Translations under genes and position numbers: made by a program
Shown: piece after piece, positions 1-9,367 of the stretch
Layout of the letters: every line of letters starts with the position of its first letter
Numbering within the stretch: the stretch's first letter is position 1
Notes under the pieces: generated by a model
Seen by the model: only the letters and a program-made list of their open reading frames with translations
Databases searched by the model: none
What the model was told of the DNA's origin: nothing
Source: Candidatus Kaelpia aquatica
GTDB taxonomy: Bacteria > Omnitrophota > Gorgyraeia > Kaelpiales > Kaelpiaceae
Direction of reading: 5' to 3'
Length of the DNA stretch: 61,829 nt
NCBI GenBank assembly: GCA_030765335.1
Contig: JAVCCU010000016.1
Coordinates: 1-61,829, forward strand

Positions 1-689
1 CCATCTAGGTCGATTCTAATCCACTGCTTAGGTAGAGTATGCCCTGAAGATCCTATCTGATCATATAATTCCCAGGCTGAATCAGGTACATGATAAGGTA
101 CTTCCAATATTATGTTTTTAGACATTCGCCCATCATCAACGTCTGTTGTGTCATTGCTCATATTAAACCCTGCTCTTTCAAACGCATTGGAGAAAACCAA
201 AAATTCTTCTAAGTGAATAAAAAAGTCTCTATTCTCTTGCCATGGAAATCCACCTGAGCCTTCTGCGGATATAAAATAAATACCTTTGCCATCCTCTGAA
301 GGAGCCAAAGCAGGAGTAATATGATTATAGCTATACCTACCAGTCTCAACAAAGTATTCATCTAGCAGCTGTATGACAATATACTTATAAAAAATAGAGC
401 TATCTCCGCTTGTTAATCTCTTCTCTCTCATCATTAATGGCCGATTAAGAGTCTGCTCCCATAGCTCCCTAATTTCTGCAACATGTGCAACCCAGGCACC
501 TTCAGGCCATCCCCCTGCTTCCTCAATTGCCCTCTCTATTTCAGATGCAGTAAGTAAAGTAAATCCACCTGTCTTTATCCTGCGCAAAGAAAAGCTATAG
601 TCAATTTGATCCAATATAGAAAAGTTATTTTGATTTATAAATAAAAATATTGCTAAAAATATCAAAATACAAAAATACTTTTTAAACAT
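1..689 (-). CDS. Exported hypothetical protein, 3' end runs off the window (at least 229 aa); possible kinase-like fold
   Basis: Hand translation from ATG at 689 (SD GAGGTG upstream) is open to base 1: MFKKYFCILIFLAIFLFINQNN...FSLRRIK...DDGRMSKNII...WIRIDLDG. Absent from the ORF track because there is no stop codon in the window. Confidence 0.85.
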   Translation of the reverse strand, partial: MFKKYFCILIFLAIFLFINQNNFSILDQIDYSFSLRRIKTGGFTLLTASEIERAIEEAGGWPEGAWVAHVAEIRELWEQTLNRPLMMREKRLTSGDSSIFYKYIVIQLLDEYFVETGRYSYNHITPALAPSEDGKGIYFISAEGSGGFPWQENRDFFIHLEEFLVFSNAFERAGFNMSNDTTDVDDGRMSKNIILEVPYHVPDSAWELYDQIGSSGHTLPKQWIRIDLD

Positions 690-795
690 TATTTACACCT
701 CACTCTACTTTATTTATAACACAAATTAAAAGAGATACAAATTTTAGCAAATTGGAAAATAAAATAATTTCAAAAACAGTACGCTAAAGAACAAT

Positions 796-3375
796 CTATT
801 GAGAAGTTCTTTCTATAGAAATAATTTTGACTCCGGGATAGAAAGATGCTAAATCAGACCAAATAACATCTAAGGCTTCTGTTGAAGCTATAATTCTTAA
901 AAAATGTTGAAACGAATCATAATCTCCATACTCATCTGTTAAATATCTCTGATTCTGTATAAAATTAAGTGAATTATTATTCATTTGTGCATATAACAAA
1001 TAAAGAAGTACATCTTCATAATTTTCAACAATCCTGAAACCTTCTTCATTTTCAATACTTCGAAGGTTTAGGAGCATACTGTCAAATATACCTTGAGTTT
1101 GAATATCGCCAGGCAAAGTCAACTCAGCTATCTCCCTATCTATTGTTTCTATTAGAGAACTGATACCCGCTTCCGTCTCACTATCAGAGCCCAATTCACT
1201 TAGACGCGTTTCCAAATCCTCTTTAGTTATTTTTAGCTGAATTATTTTTCTCTGAGTAGATCTACCTCTTACTTCTGATTCATAAAGAAGATCTCTTCTT
1301 ACAGAATCTATAATTCCCGCACCTTCTAATCGATCAATAGTATTTCTAGGGTAGAAAGCTAGAGAAGAAACATCCTCGTCAATTCTATGCATAAACTCCC
1401 GTAACCCCGTAGCAGTTAACCCGCCGTATCTTTCCATCAACTCACTAGAAAGTTCTCCTAAACTGCCCCGGACACCTACTGTTTGAGAGTTGAAATATCG
1501 TTTAAAGTTTGAAAAATCACTCAAAATAGTCATGATATTTCTCATGGGGATCAACTTCGGAGCGTAATCGCCAGCATAGTCATATTGTGAAGTTATATCC
1601 AGTGTAATCGGAAAAACCTGGGATATAAAATCCATATTTACAGCATGGTATATTGCTCCAAAATGACGTAACAACCTTGCTGTCATCGCCAGGTTATCTC
1701 TTAGAAAACCGGCATCAGCTATTTGGATTGAACCATTATCTGTAAGATTAGTAAGCATATTCTCAAGACATGCTGCTGCACCCACATCCAAGCTGAATCT
1801 ACCTTCATATCCCGAATGTAAAATACCCTCAATATACCTGCTGTGATCAATTTGACTTAAATTTTCTATCGGCCTTAATCTTTCAACAAATTTAATCCGC
1901 TGGAAAAATTTCTTGCCTAACTTTTGCAATAAAGCAATGTCCTGCGTCTGAATAGCAAGTTTTATCTCCTCAAGGCTATGGCCTTCAATCACTTCATCTT
2001 CTTTCATGTCAACATACATCCTTGCTTCAACTTCATAGACTATACCATCTCTAATCTCGATTATCTTGGTAGGTAAAGAGTTTAAAAGCAGGTTAGACCT
2101 AATCAGCAATGCCGGCTCTACACCTGCTAAGATTTCGGGATTTAAAGCATCGGCTTGTTTAATCTCTACTCTATCTCTATGCGCTGCTAAATGAGGTGAA
2201 TTTGACAAGTTCTCAACAACAGCCTGAGAATAATCAAGCAAAACATAGGTTATTCTTTCGTAATACGAAGTACCTTTCTCACCATCGAGCTCTTTCATCC
2301 TCGTCAAAAATTCAGCTGCCGAACAACCATCCCCTGCCCCCCATTCTTGAACAACGATATTTTCCGGCAATTGACCAACGAAATCCATCTCTTCTAATTT
2401 GCCATAAAAATCTTCTGCACTCCTTCTTGCACATCCAGGCTCTAAAGTCATCTGCTTATCAATAACACCAAATGCATTGGCACCAAAAGCCCCATAGTAT
2501 AATGTATTCATTAAATTTAAAAAGCTTCCTTCCTGATCTAATGATGAAAAATCACCTACATATTGATAGTCTGAAACACCAGAGCTTGCTGCATTAATCT
2601 CTGATTCATTTTCTAATTTGACCTCAAATGGAATGTCTTCACCGTGACGCTGTAATCTAATTGTGCCACTACCTCCTATGCCTCTCATTTTAGAATCTAG
2701 TTCTTCAAAATATCTTTTATGTGCTAAGGCACAATCAAGACCCATGTTTTCTTCTCCGTCCATTAAAAGATTTTCCAGACTCGCCCTAAAAACTTTTGTA
2801 GTTTCATAAAAATAATCATAAGTTGGAACAAATACTAACCCATCTATATTAGAAATTTGAAGTGTTTTTATATCCATCTCTACATCTATGAACCCGCCGA
2901 TTCTAAAGGATAGCTTTTCTCCATCCGAAGATATGTTTCCAAGTTTCAAGAATCCAGAGGCTAAATTAGAACTTAAATATTCCACTAAAGGTTGATGAGA
3001 ATCATTTTTCCACTGCTCCGTAAGTCTTGCAATCTGATATAAACTTTCAATCAAAATATCAAATTCACCGGCAACTAATGATTTAGGCTGAATACTTTGA
3101 CCGCTCAAAGCGCCTCTATCCGCTCTTATTATCTCAACCGCAGGCAGCAAATTGCCAATCTTAATCTCAGCGCGATCTGCTCCAGTGCCTAAAATAGGAG
3201 ACAAAGTAGCCCCCTCTTCCAATTGTTTCCTGATATCATCACAAGAAATTCCTGCAGGCAAACTAACAACACGTCTTAAAGAAATATCGCTAACTGAGAA
3301 TATAAAAACATTTAGTAAATTGAAAGTTAAAATAACAAAGCAGATAGATATCCAACATGTTTTTTTCATTTCCAT
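796..3375 (-). CDS. Large exported protein with a central MidA/NDUFAF7-like class I SAM-dependent methyltransferase domain
   Basis: Likely start is ATG 3375 (MEMKK, after SD GAGGGTG) rather than 3420. Basic plus hydrophobic N-terminus; motifs QEWGAGDG, YVLLDYS, QADAL, RSNLLLNSLP, IADAGF. Confidence 0.7.
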   Translation of the reverse strand: MEMKKTCWISICFVILTFNLLNVFIFSVSDISLRRVVSLPAGISCDDIRKQLEEGATLSPILGTGADRAEIKIGNLLPAVEIIRADRGALSGQSIQPKSLVAGEFDILIESLYQIARLTEQWKNDSHQPLVEYLSSNLASGFLKLGNISSDGEKLSFRIGGFIDVEMDIKTLQISNIDGLVFVPTYDYFYETTKVFRASLENLLMDGEENMGLDCALAHKRYFEELDSKMRGIGGSGTIRLQRHGEDIPFEVKLENESEINAASSGVSDYQYVGDFSSLDQEGSFLNLMNTLYYGAFGANAFGVIDKQMTLEPGCARRSAEDFYGKLEEMDFVGQLPENIVVQEWGAGDGCSAAEFLTRMKELDGEKGTSYYERITYVLLDYSQAVVENLSNSPHLAAHRDRVEIKQADALNPEILAGVEPALLIRSNLLLNSLPTKIIEIRDGIVYEVEARMYVDMKEDEVIEGHSLEEIKLAIQTQDIALLQKLGKKFFQRIKFVERLRPIENLSQIDHSRYIEGILHSGYEGRFSLDVGAAACLENMLTNLTDNGSIQIADAGFLRDNLAMTARLLRHFGAIYHAVNMDFISQVFPITLDITSQYDYAGDYAPKLIPMRNIMTILSDFSNFKRYFNSQTVGVRGSLGELSSELMERYGGLTATGLREFMHRIDEDVSSLAFYPRNTIDRLEGAGIIDSVRRDLLYESEVRGRSTQRKIIQLKITKEDLETRLSELGSDSETEAGISSLIETIDREIAELTLPGDIQTQGIFDSMLLNLRSIENEEGFRIVENYEDVLLYLLYAQMNNNSLNFIQNQRYLTDEYGDYDSFQHFLRIIASTEALDVIWSDLASFYPGVKIISIERTSQ

Positions 3376-3623
3376 ACCCAACACACCCTCTTTAATAAAT
3401 ATACCATATTTATACAGCAAACATAGGTTTTAAATAAAAAAATAAAACTTGATGAAATTTAATACAGGACTTTTCATATTCTATCTGATTGATTTTTGGC
3501 TTCCTAAGTGATCTTACCTCCCCCATCAACACCTTAATAAGCCAAGATACTATACGCGGAACTGGTCAAAAGATTGCATGACAACTAACATATTAATATG
3601 CTGCATTAAATAACCGCTGCTTT

Positions 3624-5138
3624 CTATTTAATATTGCGTGCACCAGGTAAGATAGCCTCTGTTACCTTTGGTAAATACCCGAAAATATTTTTATATATCT
3701 CATTATATTTATCCTTGCCTCCGATCAGCGCAAAGGTCAAGGGCATGACTTGCTTTGCCTGCTTGCTCATTGCGCAAGAGATGTTTTGGATGTCCCATTG
3801 CGCATGAACATCTTCCCTTAATCGTGAGATATGATACAATTCGCGAGCATTAACCCGTATCAATACACGCTTTCTGTGAGCATTAGTTAAAATATAGGGC
3901 GCAGCTTGCGGGTTTTCGTTCCTTATCTTGTTATATACATCGTTGGTTTCATCAGCGATTTTTTGAAAATACTTATCCATACCAATCTCTTTTATAGATT
4001 CAGGAATTGTCAATCCTAAGTCTATATCATAAGGTTGTGCTGTAATCGTTGACATGCGGTGCCGTTTCAGTTGTCCGAAACAGGCAGCAGATAATACGAT
4101 GTTAAACGAGAGATTTACATATTCAAATTCACGGGGCATAGAGTCGTAAAATTGCATATTACCCCAAGTTGTCTTAAAAACCTCTTTCTGCTCCTCTTTT
4201 GAAAGATTTTCAATAAATGATCGACATTCTTCATAAGGTAGATTCGAGGATACATGTAAAAGACTTGCCGCGATAACCTGATCTGCTTTTTCTGTAAATT
4301 CTACTAATCGCACCTCTTCTTCTCTATCAACTGCTATAGATTGAGCAGCTAAATCAATCATCTTATTGGCAAGTTTTTTAAGATCAGGATAGGTTTTACT
4401 ATCTAAGTCATTAGCCTCATGAAAAATGATGACAGACGGTGCTACATCAGCAACGCATTTATACATAGCCTTCCCAAGCTGACGTATCTCAGCTAAGGGA
4501 TGGGATGCAAATCTACGGAGCAAGAGCTCTAAGTTGCGAGCATTTATAGTCTGTCCAACTTGCGACTCTGTCGCTAAAGCTGTAATATAACGAGCATCTT
4601 CTTTAGCCCAGCCTTCAAGCAGGTTATGATTTTTGGGATTTTTCGCAAGATCAGCATGTTTTTTAAAAACATGCTCTTTGAGTTTCTCAAGGAGCTCAAA
4701 ATACGCGTTATTCTGCCGATGAATCATATCAATAAATACGCCCTCCAAAGATGTTTGCTTAATTTCATCAGGAATAACGAAATCATTATCAAGTGTGATA
4801 TAACGCTGAGATTTCTCCGTATAAGAACATAATCGAAATTTCTCTAGTTCTTCCATGGCAAAACGCGAAACACCCAGAATATCCAGATTAAACACAGCGT
4901 GTTCAGCTACAGAATGATGTCCCATCTTAAATATAATGGCTGAATTAGAACGCCTGGCCTGTTCGACTTCCCCTCTGGCGTCTACTCTTATCTCATTAAT
5001 CGGCCGAGAATCCCGACTTATACGGGCATAAGCTGCAGAGAGCACTTCAGGCGTCAAATCTTCGCGCTCAGTCCCCTTCCCTTTAAGTTCACTTAAGACC
5101 CCTGCATCTACATTATACCCAGCTAAATAAATCTTCAT
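3624..5138 (-). CDS. thyX: FAD-dependent thymidylate synthase, tandem two-domain type
   Basis: N-domain GHHSVAEH and SYTEKSQRY; C-domain QLKRHRMS and ELYHISRLR; 504 aa is about twice a single-domain ThyX. Confidence 0.85.
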   Translation of the reverse strand: MKIYLAGYNVDAGVLSELKGKGTEREDLTPEVLSAAYARISRDSRPINEIRVDARGEVEQARRSNSAIIFKMGHHSVAEHAVFNLDILGVSRFAMEELEKFRLCSYTEKSQRYITLDNDFVIPDEIKQTSLEGVFIDMIHRQNNAYFELLEKLKEHVFKKHADLAKNPKNHNLLEGWAKEDARYITALATESQVGQTINARNLELLLRRFASHPLAEIRQLGKAMYKCVADVAPSVIIFHEANDLDSKTYPDLKKLANKMIDLAAQSIAVDREEEVRLVEFTEKADQVIAASLLHVSSNLPYEECRSFIENLSKEEQKEVFKTTWGNMQFYDSMPREFEYVNLSFNIVLSAACFGQLKRHRMSTITAQPYDIDLGLTIPESIKEIGMDKYFQKIADETNDVYNKIRNENPQAAPYILTNAHRKRVLIRVNARELYHISRLREDVHAQWDIQNISCAMSKQAKQVMPLTFALIGGKDKYNEIYKNIFGYLPKVTEAILPGARNIK

Positions 5139-5279
5139 AGCAAACCTTCCTTTCTTGTTCCTTAATATTTAGAACATTTTCTTTATTACAGCTTAATCAA
5201 TACCTCTATAATCTTCTCCTGTAGGCAGACAGAAAAAAGACAACCGAAAGTCTCAATAAGAGATTTTCTCATATTATAC

Positions 5280-6365
5280 CTATCTGTCAAATAGATACTT
5301 AGTTCTCAAGCATACTCTCACCAGCATAAGCATAACGGGTACTTCAATCAAAACCCCAACAACAGTGGCAAGAGAAGCACCTGATGATAAGCCGAACAAC
5401 ATTGCAGAGGTTGCTATCGCAACTTCGAAATGGTTGCTTGCTCCAATCAAAGCTGATGGAGCAGCATCGCGATACCCTAACTTTAACCATCTCGCCATTG
5501 CATATGTTAAAGCAAATATAACACAGGTTTGAATAAAAAGAGGTATCGCTATCAGAAAAATAACTTGGGGTTGATTGACAATAAGCTCTCCCTTAAAACA
5601 AAACATGAGGATCAATGTAATAAGCAGCGCAAAGATTGAAATCGGCGTTAAACGATGAATAAATTTCTCCTTGAACCATTTAAATCCTTTCTTGGCAATA
5701 ATCCATTTGCGTGATTGATACCCCAAGAAAAGAGGCAACCCCACATATATTACAACTGATAAAACTATGGTCTGCCAGGGAATAGGCATCTTATTTACAC
5801 CCAAGAGCCATCCGCCAAGAGGAGCATAAAGAAAAAGCATTGCCAAAGAATTAATTGCTACCATAACAAGGGTATGACCATCATTTCCTTTTGATAAATG
5901 CCCCCATATAAGGACCATTGCGGTGCAAGGTGCAATTCCTAATAAAATACATCCTGAAATATAAGACCTGTATAACTCTACCTGCTGCCCTCCTTTAACA
6001 ATCTCTACGCCGGGAAGCCATCCTTTAAATAAAACTCCCAGAAAAAGAGTAGCTATCGCAAACATGGTAAAGGGCTTAATACACCAGTTAACAAACAGAG
6101 TAAGAATAACTGGTTTTGGCGTTTTCCCGGCTTTAATGACCTCGGTGAAGTCAACTTTTACCATAATAGGATAGATCATGAAAAAAAGACATATTGCAAT
6201 AGGAATAGATACCTGATAAATCGAAAATCGATCAAGCGTTACCGCCACATTAGGAAACAGCTTTCCAAGTAGAATACCTGTACCAATACATCCTATAACC
6301 CATAGAGTTAAATGCTTCTCAAAAAAACTTAACCTGCGTTGTTTCCCATGAATAGCATGCTCCAT
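5280..6365 (-). CDS. acr3: Acr3 arsenite efflux transporter
   Basis: [38 protein letters not shown] and [10 protein letters not shown] are Acr3 signatures. Confidence 0.95.
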   Translation of the reverse strand: MEHAIHGKQRRLSFFEKHLTLWVIGCIGTGILLGKLFPNVAVTLDRFSIYQVSIPIAICLFFMIYPIMVKVDFTEVIKAGKTPKPVILTLFVNWCIKPFTMFAIATLFLGVLFKGWLPGVEIVKGGQQVELYRSYISGCILLGIAPCTAMVLIWGHLSKGNDGHTLVMVAINSLAMLFLYAPLGGWLLGVNKMPIPWQTIVLSVVIYVGLPLFLGYQSRKWIIAKKGFKWFKEKFIHRLTPISIFALLITLILMFCFKGELIVNQPQVIFLIAIPLFIQTCVIFALTYAMARWLKLGYRDAAPSALIGASNHFEVAIATSAMLFGLSSGASLATVVGVLIEVPVMLMLVRVCLRTKYLFDR

Positions 6366-6385
6366 ATTTCAACACCTTCTTATAA

Positions 6386-7075
6386 CTACATAAAACTGCT
6401 GATATGAGTCCAGATAAAATAAATGCCTGCTAGAATAAATATTATCCCGGTAGTTTTTCTTGTATGTTTTTCAAACATTGCCATCTTATTAAACCAATGG
6501 GACAATGTAGAAATTCCAAAAGCTATTCCAAAAGAAAAGACCAATACAGGTAGGCCTGTTCCTATTCCATAGATAAGAGGCAATACAACCCCATAAGTAT
6601 TATTCAAAGATAACGGAATTAAACTTCCAAAGAAAAGAGCAGCAGATATTGGACAAAATGCAAGCGCAAATAACATTCCAAGAACAAAAGACCCTTTCAA
6701 TCCGCCTTGAGCCAAAGACTCTTGTTTTTGCTTTGAAATAGAGAGTCCTGAAAAATTAAGACGTATGATATTAAGCAAGAACAATCCGACAATTACCAAA
6801 ACAGGGCCTAAAATTTTATTCATATACTTCTGGAGAAAATTTGCAATAAAAGGAATGCTCACAAGAGATGCAATAATGATTACCCCTAATACAGCGTATG
6901 CAATCATTCTTCCAAAAGTATACATTATGCCTGCAAAAAGCACTGCTTTAGGATGATTAATCTTCTTTGAAAGAAAAGAGACAGCTGCGATGTTTGTTGC
7001 TAAAGGACATGGACTTATTGATGTAAGCACACCAAGCCAGAGAGCAGAGCCAAAGACAAGTAGAATCTCAATCAT
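6386..7075 (-). CDS. arsG: ArsG-like / CcdA-DsbD-family membrane protein
   Basis: LWLGVLTSISPCPLATNIAA and LAFCPISAALFFG (two membrane Cys-Pro motifs); lies in the arsenic cluster. Confidence 0.65.
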   Translation of the reverse strand: MIEILLVFGSALWLGVLTSISPCPLATNIAAVSFLSKKINHPKAVLFAGIMYTFGRMIAYAVLGVIIIASLVSIPFIANFLQKYMNKILGPVLVIVGLFLLNIIRLNFSGLSISKQKQESLAQGGLKGSFVLGMLFALAFCPISAALFFGSLIPLSLNNTYGVVLPLIYGIGTGLPVLVFSFGIAFGISTLSHWFNKMAMFEKHTRKTTGIIFILAGIYFIWTHISSFM

Positions 7076-7503
7076 TCTATCTCCTTAAGAAGAGTTTTGA
7101 TTTCGCTTTTGACATAATTAGCATACTTTTCCTTGTTTCTCACATATTCCCAAATTTTGACAAGATTTTCATGCTTCACCTCTTCTCCATTTTTTACTAA
7201 TGATAAGATTAAAGCTCTTGAATAAAGCTTATAGTCGTTGACAAAATGCTCATTACTTTCCTCCTCAACGTTTACAGTTTTAAAGACAAGGACGCCTTTA
7301 TCCAGTTCGTCTTTAAAATTATTATAAATAGCCTCTTTGGCATACTGTTCTAAGTTGTGACAGGTACGACATCGAACATTTCCATAAAAATAGTAAGCAA
7401 TGAGCTGGGTGTTTTCATCTTGCATACTTTCACCAGCAATAGCAATAGCTGAAATCTGAAAAAAAGCTATGACCGTAAGTAAAACTATTATTGTTTTAAC
7501 CAT
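7072..7503 (-). CDS. arsF: ArsF-like exported thioredoxin-fold protein
   Basis: Signal peptide; YYFYGNVRCRTC motif; overlaps the start of the arsG-like gene. Confidence 0.6.
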   Translation of the reverse strand: MVKTIIVLLTVIAFFQISAIAIAGESMQDENTQLIAYYFYGNVRCRTCHNLEQYAKEAIYNNFKDELDKGVLVFKTVNVEEESNEHFVNDYKLYSRALILSLVKNGEEVKHENLVKIWEYVRNKEKYANYVKSEIKTLLKEIE

Positions 7504-7721
7504 TTTTTAATCTCCTCAGATGAAGGAATTTTTCCTGAAGTTTTTACCTCTCCATCTACAACTAAAGCCGGAGTCATCATAACCCCATAACCTGTTATCT
7601 TATCCATATCTTCAACTTTAACAACCTCTGCCATTACTCCAATCTCTTTAACAACTGCTTGAGTATTCTCATAAAGTATTTTACATTTAGGACAGCCCAT
7701 ACCGAGAATTTCAATCTTCAT
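7488..7721 (-). CDS. Small redox-active disulfide protein (MTH895/TM0996-type thioredoxin)
   Basis: MKIEILGMGCPKC...GVMMTPALVVDGEV, 77 aa. Confidence 0.9.
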   Translation of the reverse strand: MKIEILGMGCPKCKILYENTQAVVKEIGVMAEVVKVEDMDKITGYGVMMTPALVVDGEVKTSGKIPSSEEIKKWLKQ

Positions 7722-8896
7722 TTTACACCTCCCATTATTATGCCAAAGATAATTCCACTAATTGTTGCCATAATTACTACTAAACCAACATAAACAACTG
7801 TTTTTTTGTTTCCAATAACGCCTCGAATTACTAACATATTTGGTAAGCTCAAAGCAGGTCCGGCTAATAGTAAGGCCAAAGCCGGCCCTTTTCCCATCCC
7901 AGCTCCGAGGAGTCCCTGCAGGATAGGAACCTCAGTTAAAGTTGCAAAATACATAAATGCACCCACGATTGCTGCAAAGAAATTCGACAATAAAGAATTA
8001 CCGCCAACAGCTTTGGCAATTATCCATGATGGAATTAAACCCTCCTGGTTAGGCCGGCCAAGAAGAAATCCGGCTACTATTACACCTACAAGAAGTAAAG
8101 GCATTATCTGTTTAGCAAATGTCCATGAAGCAGATGTCCAGCTCCTAACTTCATCTTTCTTAAACCATCTGATAAGCATAATAACTACCAGAGCAAGCAA
8201 ACTGAATGAAAGATACCACTTAATGGAATAAATAAACGCCCACAAACCTGTCTTTATTTCCGGCTTTGCCCAATTCGCAAATACCAAAAATGCAACCATC
8301 AAAATAAAATACAACGCGTTCTGCCCAAGCGTCCGGCTCTTTACATCTTCATTAACAATAAGATCATCCGGTACATGGCGTGCTTTTTCTTCTTTAAGAA
8401 ATATAAGATGCATTAGAAGTCCAATTATAATACTGAAAAGTACTGCTCCTACAGCGCGGGCAAGTCCGAGTTCCCATCCTAAAATGCGGGCTGTCATTAT
8501 AATCGCTAATGCGTTAATAGCCGGACCTGAATAAAGAAATGCTATTGCAGGTCCAATCCCTGCACCTCTTTTATAGATACCTGAAAACAAAGGCAACACC
8601 GTGCAGGAACACACCGCTAATATAGTTCCTGAAATTGAAGCAACACTATAGGCAAGTACTTTATTAGCTTTTGCTCCGAAATACTTAATCACCGATGCTT
8701 GACTTACAAATACAGAGATTGCTCCCGCTATAAAGAATGCTGGAATCAAGCATAGCAATACATGTTCTCTTGCATACCATCGCACTAATGCAAGTGCTTC
8801 AAAAATTGGATTTCTAAAAGGCAGTGCTTCAACGGGTAAATAAAAGCATACTGAAAATATAGCCATCATTAACAAAAACTTCTTTCTCTCTTTCAT
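7718..8896 (-). CDS. DUF318 / ArsP-family permease
   Basis: LAVCSCTVLPLF, FLYSGPAIN, YFATLTEVPI and LLLAGPALSLP repeat motifs. Confidence 0.85.
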   Translation of the reverse strand: MKERKKFLLMMAIFSVCFYLPVEALPFRNPIFEALALVRWYAREHVLLCLIPAFFIAGAISVFVSQASVIKYFGAKANKVLAYSVASISGTILAVCSCTVLPLFSGIYKRGAGIGPAIAFLYSGPAINALAIIMTARILGWELGLARAVGAVLFSIIIGLLMHLIFLKEEKARHVPDDLIVNEDVKSRTLGQNALYFILMVAFLVFANWAKPEIKTGLWAFIYSIKWYLSFSLLALVVIMLIRWFKKDEVRSWTSASWTFAKQIMPLLLVGVIVAGFLLGRPNQEGLIPSWIIAKAVGGNSLLSNFFAAIVGAFMYFATLTEVPILQGLLGAGMGKGPALALLLAGPALSLPNMLVIRGVIGNKKTVVYVGLVVIMATISGIIFGIIMGGVK

Positions 8897-9198
8897 CTTT
8901 TACCCTTCTCTATAATTTTACAACACCCGCCCTCTATTTTTATTGCTTTAATATTTACTAAGGCATCGGCTATCTTTTTATGAGCCGACTCTAAGATGCG
9001 TGATATAGTTGAACGATGTACCTTCATAGTTTCGGCTATCTTTTCTTGATTAAAACCTTCTAAGTGAGCCAGTCTTATGGCCTCAAATTCATCAATAGTC
9101 ATATGCACACCTTCCAGCTTACTCAAAGGTTTACACTGCGGCCGAAAGCAACGCTCTTCTGGAGCACACTTGACCCATCTTGTTTTTTTAGGTCTCAT
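8893..9198 (-). CDS. DUF134 family DNA-binding protein, putative regulator of the arsenic cluster
   Basis: MRPKKTR.V, EFEAIRLAHLEG, HTH NQEKIAETMKVHRSTISRIL, KIADAL..KAIKIEGG. Confidence 0.9.
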   Translation of the reverse strand: MRPKKTRWVKCAPEERCFRPQCKPLSKLEGVHMTIDEFEAIRLAHLEGFNQEKIAETMKVHRSTISRILESAHKKIADALVNIKAIKIEGGCCKIIEKGKR

Positions 9199-9208
9199 AA
9201 AAAACTCC

Positions 9209-9232
9209 TATAATGCACATATGTGCATTATA
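9209..9232. promoter_or_regulatory. Perfect 24-bp palindrome, putative operator
   Basis: TATAATGCACAT|ATGTGCATTATA lies between the promoter and the SD (AGGAG, 9205-9209) of the DUF134 gene. Confidence 0.8.
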
Positions 9233-9261
9233 ATTTAATATAAACTCCGCCATTGTGTCAA
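9233..9261 (-). promoter_or_regulatory. Sigma70-type promoter of the DUF134-acr3 cluster
   Basis: TTGACA (9261-9256), 17-bp spacer, TTAAAT (9238-9233). Confidence 0.6.
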
Positions 9262-9367
9262 TAGAAAACGATGGCACTGCTTTGGTTGGGTGTTGTCTTA
9301 AAATTGCAACGTTTTACGCTAGAGAGAATTATCTTTTCCGCAAATACAAGATACCTAATCAACTTTA

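Noticed and set aside
3376-3420. Longer starts given by the track at 3420, 28362 and 43834
   Set aside because: SD position and N-terminal family patterns favour ATG 3375, 28350 and 43816.
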